Source of the DNA: Lytechinus pictus
Lineage: Eukaryota
NCBI RefSeq assembly: GCF_037042905.1
Contig: NC_087250.1
Coordinates: forward strand, 11,038,001 to 11,102,000
Length of the DNA: 64,000 nucleotides
Direction: 5' to 3'
The notes under the pieces were generated by a model, which saw nothing but the letters and a program-made list of their open reading frames with translations, searched no databases and was not told the DNA's origin. Positions 10,760 through 25,700 of this stretch are shown here, in pieces; the stretch's first letter is position 1; every line of letters starts with the position of its first letter. The position numbers and the translations under genes were made by a program.

Positions 10760-13700
10760 TAATATTCAGCACCAGTTTAAGAATATTCTGATCTTGGATA
10801 CGTCATCAGCTATGATTGGCTGCGGACAAGTTATGGTTATTTGTGTGAATATCGTAATCAGCTAGGGCATGATTAATAAGGATAGATGACAATTATAATG
10901 TACATATTTCACCCACGGAATTCAGCCATTGCAATTCCGAAAACTGTCATAAAACTGAAAACTTGCATACAATACACCTCATACTGCGCAATCACGTACA
11001 GGCAGACTCAACTCAACTGGCGTTTGCAACTATTTTACTACCAGTGACATTACGCATGTCCCCGGTCTTCGGTCTTCGTTTTCCAAACCTGTTGTTGGGT
11101 GTCTGGAAAACGAAGACAGAAGACCGGGGATTGCGTATTCGTCTAGCTAAGATAGGCCTATAATATTCAGCTCCAGTTTAAGAATATTCTGATCTTGGAT
11201 ACGTCATCAGCTATGATTGGCTGCGGATAAGTTATGGTTATTTGTGTGAACATCGTTATCAGCTAGGGCATGATATTAAGGATAACGTACATATTTCACC
11301 CACGGAATTCAGCCATTGCAATTCTGAAAACTGTCATAAAACTGAAAACTTGCATACAATACACCTCATACTGCGCAATCACGTACAAGCAGACTCAACT
11401 CAACTGGCGTTTGCAACTATTTTACTACCATTGACATTACGCATGTCCCCGGTCTTCGGTCTTCGTTTTCCAAACCTGTTGTTGGGTGTCTGGAAAACAA
11501 AGACAGAAGACCGGGGATTGCGTATTCGTCTAGCTAAGATAGGCCTATAATATTCAGCTCCAGTTTAAGAATATTCTGATCTTGGATACGTCATCAGCTA
11601 TGATTGGCTGCGGATAAGTTATGGTTATTTGTGTGAATATCGTAATCAGCTAGGGCATGATTAATAAGGATAGATAACAATTATAATGTACATATTTCAC
11701 CCACGGAATTCAGCCATTGCAATTCTGAAAAATGTCATAAAACTGAAAACTTGCATACAATACACCCCATACTGCGCAATCACGTACAAGCAGACTCAAC
11801 TCAACCGGCGTTTGCAACTTTTTTACTACCATTGACATTACGCATGTCCCCGGTCTTCGGTCTTCGTTTTCCAAACCTGTTGTTGGGTGTCTGGAAAACG
11901 AAGACAGAAGACCGGGGATTGCGTATTCGTCTAGCTAAGATAGGCCTATAATATTTAGCCCCAGTTTAAGAATATTCTGATCTTGGATACGTCATCAGCT
12001 ATGATTGGCTGCGGATAAGTTATGGTTATTTGTGTGAATATCGTTATCAGCTAGGGCATGATATTAAGGATAACGTACATATTTCACCCACGGAATTCAG
12101 CCATTGCAATTCCGAAAACTGTCATAAAACTGAAAACTTGCATACAATACACCTCATACTGCGCAATCACGTACAAGCAGACTCAACTCAACTAGCGTTT
12201 GCAACTATTTTACTACCATTGACATTACGCATGTCCCCGGTCTTCGGTCTTCGTTTTCCAAACCTGTTGTTGGGTGTCTGGAAAACGAAGACAGAAGACC
12301 GGGGATTGCGTATTCGTCTAGCTAAGATAGGCCTATAATATTCAGCTCCAGTTTAAGAATATTCTGATCTTGGATACGTCATCAGCTATGATTGGCTGCG
12401 GATAAGTTATGGTTATTTGTGTGAATATCGTAATCAGCTAGGGCATGATTAATAAGGATAGATAACAATTATAATGTACATATTTCACCCACGGAATTCA
12501 GCCATTGCAATTCTGAAAACTGTCATAAAACTGAAAACTTGCATACAATACACCCCATACTGCGCAATCACGTACAAGCAGACTCAACTCAACCGGCGTT
12601 TGCAACTTTTTTACTACCATTGACATTACGCATGTCCCCGGTCTTCGGTCTTCGTTTTCCAAACCTGTTGTTGGGTGTCTGGAAAACGAAGACAGAAGAC
12701 CGGGGATTGCGTATTCGTCTAGCTAAGATAGGCCTATAATATTTAGCCCCAGTTTAAGAATAATCTGATCTTGGATACGTCATCAGCTATGATTGGCTGC
12801 GGACAAGTTATGGTTATTTGTGTGAATATCGTTATCAGCTAGGGCATGATATTAAGGATAACGTACATATTTCACCCACGGAATTCAGCCATTGCAATTC
12901 CGAAAACTGTCATAAAACTGAAAACTTGCATACAATACACCTCATACTGCGCAATCACGTACAAGCAGACTCAACTCAACTGGCGTTTGCAACTATTTTA
13001 CTACCATTGACATTACACATGTCCCCGGTCTTCGGTCTTCGTTTTCCAAACCTGTTGTTGAGTGTCTGGAAAACGAAGACAGAAGACCGGGGATTGCGTA
13101 TTCGTCTAGCTAAGATAGGCCTATAATATTCAGCTCCAGTTTAAGAATATTCTGATCTTGGATACGTCATCAGCTATGATTGGCTGCGGATAAGTTATGG
13201 TTATTTGTGTGAATATCGTAATCAGCTAGGGCATGATTAATAAGGATAGATAACAATTATAATGTACATATTTCACCCACGGAATTCAGCCATTGCAATT
13301 CTGAAAACTGTCATAAAACTGAAAACTTGCATACAATACACCCCATACTGCGCAATCACGTACAAGCAGACTCAACTCAACTGGCGTTTGCAACTTTTTT
13401 ACTACCATTGACATTACGCATGTCCCCGGTCTTCGGTCTTCGTTTTCCAAACCTGTTGTTGGGTGTCTGGAAAACGAAGACAGAAGACCGGGGATTGCGT
13501 ATTCGTCTAGCTAAGAGAAGGCCTATAATATTCAGCTCCAGTTTAAGAATATTCTGATCTTGGATACGTCATCAGCTATGATTGGCTGCGGATAAGTTAT
13601 GGTTATTTGTGTGAATATCGTAATCAGCTAGGGCATGATATTAAGGATAACGTACATATTTCACCCACGGAATTCAGCCATTGCAATTCTGAAAACTGTC

Positions 13701-16700
13701 ATAAAACTGAAAACTTGCATACAATACACCCCATACTGCGCAATCACGTACAAGCAGACTCAACTCAACTGGCGTTTGCAACTATTTTACTACCATTGAC
13801 ATTACGCATGTCCCCGGTCTTCGGTCTTCGTTTTCCAAACCTGTTGTTGGGTGTCTGGAAAACGAAGACAGAAGACCGGGGATTGCGTATTCGTCTAGCT
13901 AAGATAGGCCTATAATATTTAGCTCCAGTTTAAGAATATTCTGATCTTGGATACGTCATCAGCTATGATTGGCTGCGGATAACTTATGGTTATTTGTGTG
14001 AATATCGTTATCAGCTAGGGCATGATATTAAGGATAACGTACATATTTCACCCACGGAATTCAGCCATTGCAATTCCGAAAACTGTCATAAAACTGAAAA
14101 CTTGCATACAATACACCTCATACTGCGCAATCACGTACAAGCAGACTCAACTCAACTGGCGTTTGCAACTATTTTACTACCATTGACATTACGCATGTCC
14201 CCGGTCTTCGGTCTTCGTTTTCCAAACCTGTTGTTGAGTGTCTGGAAAACGAAGACAGAAGACCGGGGATTGCGTATTCGTCTAGCTAAGATAGGCCTAT
14301 AATATTCAGCTCCAGTTTAAGAATATTCTGATCTTGGATACGTCATCAGCTATGATTGGCTGCGGATAAGTTATGGTTATTTGTGTGAATATCGTAATCA
14401 GCTAGGGCATGATTAATAAGGATAGATAACAATTATAATGTACATATTTCACCCACGGAATTCAGCCATTGCAATTCTGAAAACTGTCATAAAACTGAAA
14501 ACTTGCATACAATACACCCCATACTGCGCAATCACGTACAAGCAGACTCAACTCAACTGGCGTTTGCAACTTTTTTACTACCATTGACATTACGCATGTC
14601 CCCGGTCTTCGGTCTTCGTTTTCCAAACCTGTTGTTGGGTGTCTGGAAAACGAAGACAGAAGACCGGGGATTGCGTATTCGTCTAGCTAAGAGAAGGCCT
14701 ATAATATTCAGCTCCAGTTTAAGAATATTCTGATCTTGGATACGTCATCAGCTATGATTGGCTGCGGATAAGTTATGGTTATTTGTGTGAATATCGTAAT
14801 CAGCTAGGGCATGATATTAAGGATAACGTACATATTTCACCCACGGAATTCAGCCATTGCAATTCTGAAAACTGTCATAAAACTGAAAACTTGCATACAA
14901 TACACCCCATACTGCGCAATCACGTACAAGCAGACTCAACTCAACTGGCGTTTGCAACTATTTTACTACCATTGACATTACGCATGTCCCCGGTCTTCGG
15001 TCTTCGTTTTCCAAACCTGTTGTTGGGTGTCTGGAAAACGAAGACAGAAGACCGGGGATTGCGTATTCGTCTAGCTAAGATAGGCCTATAATATTTAGCT
15101 CCAGTTTAAGAATATTCTGATCTTGGATACGTCATCAGCTATGATTGGCTGCGGATAACTTATGGTTATTTGTGTGAATATCGTTATCAGCTAGGGCATG
15201 ATATTAAGGATAACGTACATATTTCACCCACGGAATTCAGCCATTGCAATTCCGAAAACTGTCATAAAACTGAAAACTTGCATACAATACACCTCATACT
15301 GCGCAATCACGTACAAGCAGACTCAACTCAACTGGCGTTTGCAACTATTTTACTACCATTGACATTACACATGTCCCCGGTCTTCGGTCTTCGTTTTCCA
15401 AACCTGTTGTTGGGTGTCTGGAAAACGAAGAGAGAAGACCGGGGATTGCGTATTCGTCTAGCTAAGATAGGCCTATAATATTCAGCTCCAGTTTAAGAAT
15501 ATTCTGATCTTGGATAAGTCATTAGCTATGATTGGCTGCGGATAAGTTATGGTTATTTGTGTGAATATCGTAATCAGCTAGGGCATGATTAATAAGGATA
15601 GATAACAATTATAATGTACATATTTCACCCACGGAATTCAGCCATTGCAATTCTGAAAACTGTCATAAAACTGAAAACTTGCATACAATACACCCCATAC
15701 TGCGCAATCACGTACAAGCAGACTCAACTCAACCGGCGTTTGCAACTTTTTTACTACCATTGACATTACGCATGTCCCCGGTCTTCGGTCTTCGTTTTCC
15801 AAACCTGTTGTTGGGTGTCTGGAAAACGAAGACAGAAGACCGGGAATTGCGTATTCGTCTAGCTAAGATAGGCCTATAATATTCAGCTCCAGTTTAAGAA
15901 TATTCTGATCTTGGATACGTCATCAGCTATGATTGGCTGCGGATAAGTTATGGTTATTTGTGTGAATATCGTAATCAGCTAGGGCATGATTAATAAGGAT
16001 AGATAACAATTATAATGTACATATTTCACCCACGGAATTCAGCCATTGCAATTCTGAAAACTGTCATGAAACTGAAAACTTGCATACAATACACCCCATA
16101 CTGCGCAATCACGTACAAGCAGACTCAACTCAACCGGCGTTTGCAACTTTTTTACTACCATTGACATTACGCATGTCCCCGGTCTTCGGTCTTCGTTTTC
16201 CAAACCTGTTGTTGGGTGTCTGGAAAACAAAGACAGAAGACCGGGGATTGCGTATTCGTCTAGCTAAGATAGGCCTATAATATTTAGCCCCAGTTTAAGA
16301 ATATTCTGATCTTGGATACGTCATCAGCTATGATTGGCTGCGGATAAGTTATGGTTATTTGTGTGAATATCGTTATCAGCTAGGGCATGATATTAAGGAT
16401 AAAGTACATATTTCACCCACGGAATTCAGCCATTGCAATTCTGAAAACTGTCATAAAACTGAAAACTTGCATACAATACACCTCATACTGCGCAATCACG
16501 TACAAGCAGACTCAACTCAACTGGCGTTTGCAACTATTTTACTACCATTGACATTACGCTTGTCCCCGGTCTTCGGTCTTCGTTTTCCAAACCCGTTGTT
16601 GGGTGTCTGGAAAACGAAGACAGAAGACCGGGGATTGCGTATTCGTCTAGCTAAGAGAAGGCCTATAATATTCAGCTCCAGTTTAAGAATATTCTGATCT

Positions 16701-19700
16701 TGGATACGTCATCAGCTATGATTGGCTGCGGATAAGTTATGGTTATTTGTGTGAATATCGTTATCAGCTAGGGCATGATATTAAGGATAACGTACATATT
16801 TCACCCACGGAATTCAGCCATTGCAATTCCGAAAACTGTCATAAAACTGAAAACTTGCATACAATACACCTCATACTGCGCAATCACGTATAAGCAGACT
16901 CAACTCAACTGGCGTTTGCAACTATTTTACTACCATTGACATTACGCATGTCCCCGTTCTTCGGTCTTCGTTTTCCAAACCTGTTGTTGGGTGTCTGGAA
17001 AACGAATACAGAAGACCGGGGATTGCGTATTCGTCTAGCTAAGATAGGCCTATAATATTCAGCTCCAGTTTAAGAATATTCTGATCTTGGATAAGTCATT
17101 AGCTATGGTTGGCTGCGGATAAGTTATGGTTATTTGTGTGAATATCGTAATCAGCTAGGGCATGATTAATAAGGATAGATAGCAATTATAATGTACATAT
17201 TTCACCCACGGAATTCAGCCATTGCAATTCTGAAAAATGTCATAAAACTGAAAACTTGCATACAATACACCCCATACTGCGCAATCACGTACAAGCAGAC
17301 TCAACTCAACCGGCGTTTGCAACTTTTTTACTACCATTGACATTACGCATGTCCCCGGTCTTCGGTCTTCGTTTTCCAAACCTGTTGTTGGGTGTCTGGA
17401 AAACGAAGACAGAAGACCGGGGATTGCGTATTCGTCTAGCTAAGATAGGCCTATAATATTTAGCCCCAGTTTAAGAATAATCTGATCTTGGATACGTCAT
17501 CAGCTATGATTGGCTGCGGATAAGTTATGGTTATTTGTGTGAATATCGTTATCAGCTAGGGCATGATATTAAGAATAACGTACATATTTCACCCACGGAA
17601 TTCAGCCATTGCAATTCTGAAAACTGTCATAAAACTGAAAACTTGCATACAATACACCTCATACTGCGCAATCACGTACAAGCAGACTCAACTCAACTGG
17701 CGTTTGCAACTATTTTACTACCATTGACATTACGCATGTCCCCGGTCTTCGGTCTTCGTTTTCCAAACCCGTTGTTGGGTGTCTGGAAAACGAAGACAGA
17801 AGACCGGGGATTGCGTATTCGTCTAGCTAAGAGAAGGCCTATAATATTCAGCTCCAGTTTAAGAATATTCTGATCTTGGATACGTCATCAGCTATGATTG
17901 GCTGCGGATAAGTTATGGTTATTTGTGTGAATATCGTTATCAGCTAGGGCATGATATTAAGGATAACGTACATATTTCACCCACGGAATTCAGCCATTGC
18001 AATTCTGAAAACTGTCATAAAACTGAAAACTTGCATACAATACACCCCATACTGCGCAATCACGTACAAGCAGACTCAACTCAACTGGCGTTTGCAACTA
18101 TTTTACTACCATTGACATTACGCATGTCCCCGGTCTTCGGTCTTCGTTTTCAAAACCTGTTGTTGGGTGTCTGGAAAACGAAGACAGAAGACCGGGGATT
18201 GCGTATTCGTCTAGCTAAGATAGGCCTATAATATTTAGCTCCAGTTTAAGAATATTCTGATCTTGGATACGTCATCAGCTATGATTGGCTGCGGATAAGT
18301 TATGGTTATTTGTGTGAATATCGTTATCAGCTAGGGCATGATATTAAGGATAACGTACATATTTCACCCACGGAATTCAGCCATTGCAATTCCGAAAACT
18401 GTCATAAAACTGAAAACTTGCATACAATACACCTCATACTGCGCAATCACGTATAAGCAGACTCAACTCAACTGGCGTTTGCAACTATTTTACTACCATT
18501 GACATTACGCATGTCCCCGTTCTTCGGTCTTCGTTTTCCAAACCTGTTGTTGGGTGTCTGGAAAACGAAGACAGAAGACCGGGGATTGCGTATTCGTCTA
18601 GCTAAGATAGGCCTATAATATTCAGCTCCAGTTTAAGAATATTCTGATCTTGGATAAGTCATTAGCTATGGTTGGCTGCGGATAAGTTATGGTTATTTGT
18701 GTGAATATCGTAATCAGCTAGGGCATGATTAATAAGGATAGATAGCAATTATAATGTACATATTTCACCCACGGAATTCAGCCATTGCAATTCTGAAAAA
18801 TGTCATAAAACTGAAAACTTGCATACAATACACCCCATACTGCGCAATCACGTACAAGCAGACTCAACTCAACCGGCGTTTGCAACTTTTTTACTACCAT
18901 TGACATTACGCATGTCCCCGGTCTTCGGTCTTCGTTTTCCAAACCTGTTGTTGGGTGTCTGGAAAACGAAGACAGAAGACCGGGGATTGCGTATTCGTCT
19001 AGCTAAGATAGGCCTATAATATTTAGCCCCAGTTTAAGAATAATCTGATCTTGAATACGTCATCAGCTATGATTGGCTGCGGATAAGTTATGGTTATTTG
19101 TGTGAATATCGTTATCAGCTAGGGCATGATATTAAGGATAACGTACATTTTTCACCCACGGAATTCAGCCATTGCAATTCTGAAAACTGTCATAAAACTG
19201 AAAACTTGCATACAATACACCCCATACTGCGCAATCACGTACAAGCAGACTTAACTCAACTGGCGTTTGCAACTATTTTACTACCATTGACATTACGCAT
19301 GTCCCCGGTCTTCGGTCTTCGTTTTCCAAACCTGTTGTTGGGTGTCTGGAAAACGAAGACAGAAGACCGGGGATTGCGTATTCGTCTAGCTAAGATAGGC
19401 CTATAATATTTAGCTCCAGTTTAAGAATATTCTGATCTTGGATACGTCATCAGCTATGATTGGCTGCGGATAACTTATGGTTATTTGTGTGAATATCGTT
19501 ATCAGCTAGGGCATGATATTAAGGATAACGTACATATTTCACCCACGGAATTCAGCCATTGCAATTCTGAAAACTGTCATAAAACTGAAAACTTGCATAC
19601 AATACACCCCATACTGCGCAATCACGTACAAGCAGACTCAACTCAACTGGCGTTTGCAACTATTTTACTACCATTGACATTACGCATGTCCCCGGTCTTC

Positions 19701-22700
19701 GGTCTTCGTTTTCAAAACCTGTTGTTGGGTGTCTGGAAAACGAAGACAGAAGACCGGGGATTGCGTATTCGTCTAGCTAAGATAGGCCTATAATATTTAG
19801 CTCCAGTTTAAGAATATTCTGATCTTGGATACGTCATCAGCTATGATTGGCTGCGGATAAGTTATGGTTATTTGTGTGAATATCGTTATCAGCTAGGGCA
19901 TGATATTAAGGATAACGTACATATTTCACCCACGGAATTCAGCCATTGCAATTCCGAAAACTGTCATAAAACTGAAAACTTGCATACAATACACCTCATA
20001 CTGCGCAATCACGTATAAGCAGACTCAACTCAACTGGCGTTTGCAACTATTTTACTACCATTGACATTACGCATGTCCCCGTTCTTCGGTCTTCGTTTTC
20101 CAAACCTGTTGTTGGGTGTCTGGAAAACGAAGACAGAAGACCGGGGATTGCGTATTCGTCTAGCTAAGATAGGCCTATAATATTCAGCTCCAGTTTAAGA
20201 ATATTCTGATCTTGGATAAGTCATTAGCTATGGTTGGCTGCGGATAAGTTATGGTTATTTGTGTGAATATCGTAATCAGCTAGGGCATGATTAATAAGGA
20301 TAGATAGCAATTATAATGTACATATTTCACCCACGGAATTCAGCCATTGCAATTCTGAAAAATGTCATAAAACTGAAAACTTGCATACAATACACCCCAT
20401 ACTGCGCAATCACGTACAAGCAGACTCAACTCAACCGGCGTTTGCAACTTTTTTACTACCATTGACATTACGCATGTCCCCGGTCTTCGGTCTTCGTTTT
20501 CCAAACCTGTTGTTGGGTGTCTGGAAAACGAAGACAGAAGACCGGGGATTGCGTATTCGTCTAGCTAAGATAGGCCTATAATATTTAGCCCCAGTTTAAG
20601 AATAATCTGATCTTGAATACGTCATCAGCTATGATTGGCTGCGGATAAGTTATGGTTATTTGTGTGAATATCGTTATCAGCTAGGGCATGATATTAAGGA
20701 TAACGTACATTTTTCACCCACGGAATTCAGCCATTGCAATTCTGAAAACTGTCATAAAACTGAAAACTTGCATACAATACACCCCATACTGCGCAATCAC
20801 GTACAAGCAGACTTAACTCAACTGGCGTTTGCAACTATTTTACTACCATTGACATTACGCATGTCCCCGGTCTTCGGTCTTCGTTTTCCAAACCTGTTGT
20901 TGGGTGTCTGGAAAACGAAGACAGAAGACCGGGGATTGCGTATTCGTCTAGCTAAGATAGGCCTATAATATTTAGCTCCAGTTTAAGAATATTCTGATCT
21001 TGGATACGTCATCAGCTATGATTGGCTGCGGATAACTTATGGTTATTTGTGTGAATATCGTTATCAGCTAGGGCATGATATTAAGGATAACGTACATATT
21101 TCACCCACGGAATTCAGCCATTGCAATTCCGAAAACTATGAAAACTTGCATACAATACACCTCATACTGCGCAATCACGTACAAGCAGACTCAACTCAAC
21201 TGGCGTTTGCAACTATTTTACTACCATTGACATTACGCATGTCCCCGTTCTTCGGTCTTCGTTTTCCAAACCTGTTGTTGGGTGTCTGGAAAACGAAGAC
21301 AGAAGACCGGGGATTGCGTATTCGTCTAGCTAAGATAGGCCTATAATATTCAGCTCCAGTTTAAGAATATTCTGATCTTGGATAAGTCATTAGCTATGAT
21401 TGGCTGCGGATAAGTTATGGTTATTTGTGTGAATATCGTAATCAGCTAGGGCATGATTAATAAGGATAGATAACAATTATAATGTACATATTTCACCCAC
21501 GGAATTCAGCCATTGCAATTCTGAAAACTGTCATAAAACTGAAAACTTGCATACAATACACCCCATACTGCGCAATCACGTACAAGCAGACTCAACTCAA
21601 CCGGCGTTTGCAACTTTTTTACTACCATTGACATTACGTATGTCCCCGGTCTTCGGTCTTCGTTTTCCAAACCTGTTGTTGGGTGTCTGGAAAACGAAGA
21701 CAGAAGACCGGGGATTGCGTATTCGTCTAGCTAAGATAGGCCTATAATATTTAGCCCCAGTTTAAGAATAATCTGATCTTGGATACGTCATCAGCTATGA
21801 TTGGCTGCGGATAAGTTATGGTTATTTGTGTGAATATCGTTATCAGCTAGGGCATGATATTAAGGATAACGTACATATTTCACCCACGGAATTCAGCCAT
21901 TGCAATTCCGAAAACTGTCATAAAACTGAAAACTTGCATACAATACACCTCATACTGCGCAATCACGTACAAGCAGACTCAACTCAACTGGCGTTTGCAA
22001 CTATTTTACTACCATTGACATTACGCATGTCCCCGGTCTTCGGTCTTCGTTTTCCAAACCTGTTGTTGGGTGTCTGGAAAACGAAGACAGAAGACCGGGG
22101 ATTGCGTATTCGTCTAGCTAAGATAGGCCTATAATATTCAGCTCCAGTTTAAGAATATTCTGATCTTGGATACGTCATCAGCTATGATTGGCTGCGGATA
22201 AGTTATGGTTATTTGTGTGAATATCGTAATCAGCTAGGGCATGATTAATAAGGATAGATAACAATTATAATGTACATATTTCACCCACGGAATTCAGCCA
22301 TTGCAATTCTGAAAACTGTCATAAAACTGAAAACTTGCATACAATACACCCCATACTGCGCAATCACGTACAAGCAGACTCAACTCAACCGGCGTTTGCA
22401 ACTTTTTTACTACCATTGACATTACGCATGTCCCCGGTCTTCGGTCTTCGTTTTCCAAACCTGTTGTTGGGTGTCTGGAAAACGAAGACAGAAGACCGGG
22501 AATTGCGTATTCGTCTAGCTAAGATAGGCCTATAATATTCAGCTCCAGTTTAAGAATATTCTGATCTTGGATACGTCATCAGCTATGATTGGCTGCGGAT
22601 AAGTTATGGTTATTTGTGTGAATATCGTAATCAGCTAGGGCATGATTAATAAGGATAGATAACAATTATAATGTACATATTTCACCCACGGAATTCAGCC

Positions 22701-25700
22701 ATTGCAATTCTGAAAACTGTCATGAAACTGAAAACTTGCATACAATACACCCCATACTGCGCAATCACGTACAAGCAGACTCAACTCAACCGGCGTTTGC
22801 AACTTTTTTACTACCATTGACATTACGCATGTCCCCGGTCTTCGGTCTTCGTTTTCCAAACCTGTTGTTGGGTGTCTGGAAAACAAAGACAGAAGACCGG
22901 GGATTGCGTATTCGTCTAGCTAAGATAGGCCTATAATATTTAGCCCCAGTTTAAGAATATTCTGATCTTGGATACGTCATCAGCTATGATTGGCTGCGGA
23001 TAAGTTATGGTTATTTGTGTGAATATCGTTATCAGCTAGGGCATGATATTAAGGATAAAGTACATATTTCACCCACGGAATTCAGCCATTGCAATTCTGA
23101 AAACTGTCATAAAACTGAAAACTTGCATACAATACACCTCATACTGCGCAATCACGTACAAGCAGACTCAACTCAACTGGCGTTTGCAACTATTTTACTA
23201 CCATTGACATTACGCTTGTCCCCGGTCTTCGGTCTTCGTTTTCCAAACCCGTTGTTGGGTGTCTGGAAAACGAAGACAGAAGACCGGGGATTGCGTATTC
23301 GTCTAGCTAAGAGAAGGCCTATAATATTCAGCTCCAGTTTAAGAATATTCTGATCTTGGATACGTCATCAGCTATGATTGGCTGCGGATAAGTTATGGTT
23401 ATTTGTGTGAATATCGTTATCAGCTAGGGCATGATATTAAGGATAACGTACATATTTCACCCACGGAATTCAGCCATTGCAATTCCGAAAACTGTCATAA
23501 AACTGAAAACTTGCATACAATACACCTCATACTGCGCAATCACGTATAAGCAGACTCAACTCAACTGGCGTTTGCAACTATTTTACTACCATTGACATTA
23601 CGCATGTCCCCGTTCTTCGGTCTTCGTTTTCCAAACCTGTTGTTGGGTGTCTGGAAAACGAAGACAGAAGACCGGGGATTGCGTATTCGTCTAGCTAAGA
23701 TAGGCCTATAATATTCAGCTCCAGTTTAAGAATATTCTGATCTTGGATAAGTCATTAGCTATGGTTGGCTGCGGATAAGTTATGGTTATTTGTGTGAATA
23801 TCGTAATCAGCTAGGGCATGATTAATAAGGATAGATAGCAATTATAATGTACATATTTCACCCACGGAATTCAGCCATTGCAATTCTGAAAAATGTCATA
23901 AAACTGAAAACTTGCATACAATACACCCCATACTGCGCAATCACGTACAAGCAGACTCAACTCAACCGGCGTTTGCAACTTTTTTACTACCATTGACATT
24001 ACGCATGTCCCCGGTCTTCGGTCTTCGTTTTCCAAACCTGTTGTTGGGTGTCTGGAAAACGAAGACAGAAGACCGGGGATTGCGTATTCGTCTAGCTAAG
24101 ATAGGCCTATAATATTTAGCCCCAGTTTAAGAATAATCTGATCTTGGATACGTCATCAGCTATGATTGGCTGCGGATAAGTTATGGTTATTTGTGTGAAT
24201 ATCGTTATCAGCTAGGGCATGATATTAAGAATAACGTACATATTTCACCCACGGAATTCAGCCATTGCAATTCTGAAAACTGTCATAAAACTGAAAACTT
24301 GCATACAATACACCTCATACTGCGCAATCACGTACAAGCAGACTCAACTCAACTGGCGTTTGCAACTATTTTACTACCATTGACATTACGCATGTCCCCG
24401 GTCTTCGGTCTTCGTTTTCCAAACCCGTTGTTGGGTGTCTGGAAAACGAAGACAGAAGACCGGGGATTGCGTATTCGTCTAGCTAAGAGAAGGCCTATAA
24501 TATTCAGCTCCAGTTTAAGAATATTCTGATCTTGGATACGTCATCAGCTATGATTGGCTGCGGATAAGTTATGGTTATTTGTGTGAATATCGTTATCAGC
24601 TAGGGCATGATATTAAGGATAACGTACATATTTCACCCACGGAATTCAGCCATTGCAATTCTGAAAACTGTCATAAAACTGAAAACTTGCATACAATACA
24701 CCCCATACTGCGCAATCACGTACAAGCAGACTCAACTCAACTGGCGTTTGCAACTATTTTACTACCATTGACATTACGCATGTCCCCGGTCTTCGGTCTT
24801 CGTTTTCAAAACCTGTTGTTGGGTGTCTGGAAAACGAAGACAGAAGACCGGGGATTGCGTATTCGTCTAGCTAAGATAGGCCTATAATATTTAGCTCCAG
24901 TTTAAGAATATTCTGATCTTGGATACGTCATCAGCTATGATTGGCTGCGGATAAGTTATGGTTATTTGTGTGAATATCGTTATCAGCTAGGGCATGATAT
25001 TAAGGATAACGTACATATTTCACCCACGGAATTCAGCCATTGCAATTCCGAAAACTGTCATAAAACTGAAAACTTGCATACAATACACCTCATACTGCGC
25101 AATCACGTATAAGCAGACTCAACTCAACTGGCGTTTGCAACTATTTTACTACCATTGACATTACGCATGTCCCCGTTCTTCGGTCTTCGTTTTCCAAACC
25201 TGTTGTTGGGTGTCTGGAAAACGAAGACAGAAGACCGGGGATTGCGTATTCGTCTAGCTAAGATAGGCCTATAATATTCAGCTCCAGTTTAAGAATATTC
25301 TGATCTTGGATAAGTCATTAGCTATGGTTGGCTGCGGATAAGTTATGGTTATTTGTGTGAATATCGTAATCAGCTAGGGCATGATTAATAAGGATAGATA
25401 GCAATTATAATGTACATATTTCACCCACGGAATTCAGCCATTGCAATTCTGAAAAATGTCATAAAACTGAAAACTTGCATACAATACACCCCATACTGCG
25501 CAATCACGTACAAGCAGACTCAACTCAACCGGCGTTTGCAACTTTTTTACTACCATTGACATTACGCATGTCCCCGGTCTTCGGTCTTCGTTTTCCAAAC
25601 CTGTTGTTGGGTGTCTGGAAAACGAAGACAGAAGACCGGGGATTGCGTATTCGTCTAGCTAAGATAGGCCTATAATATTTAGCCCCAGTTTAAGAATAAT

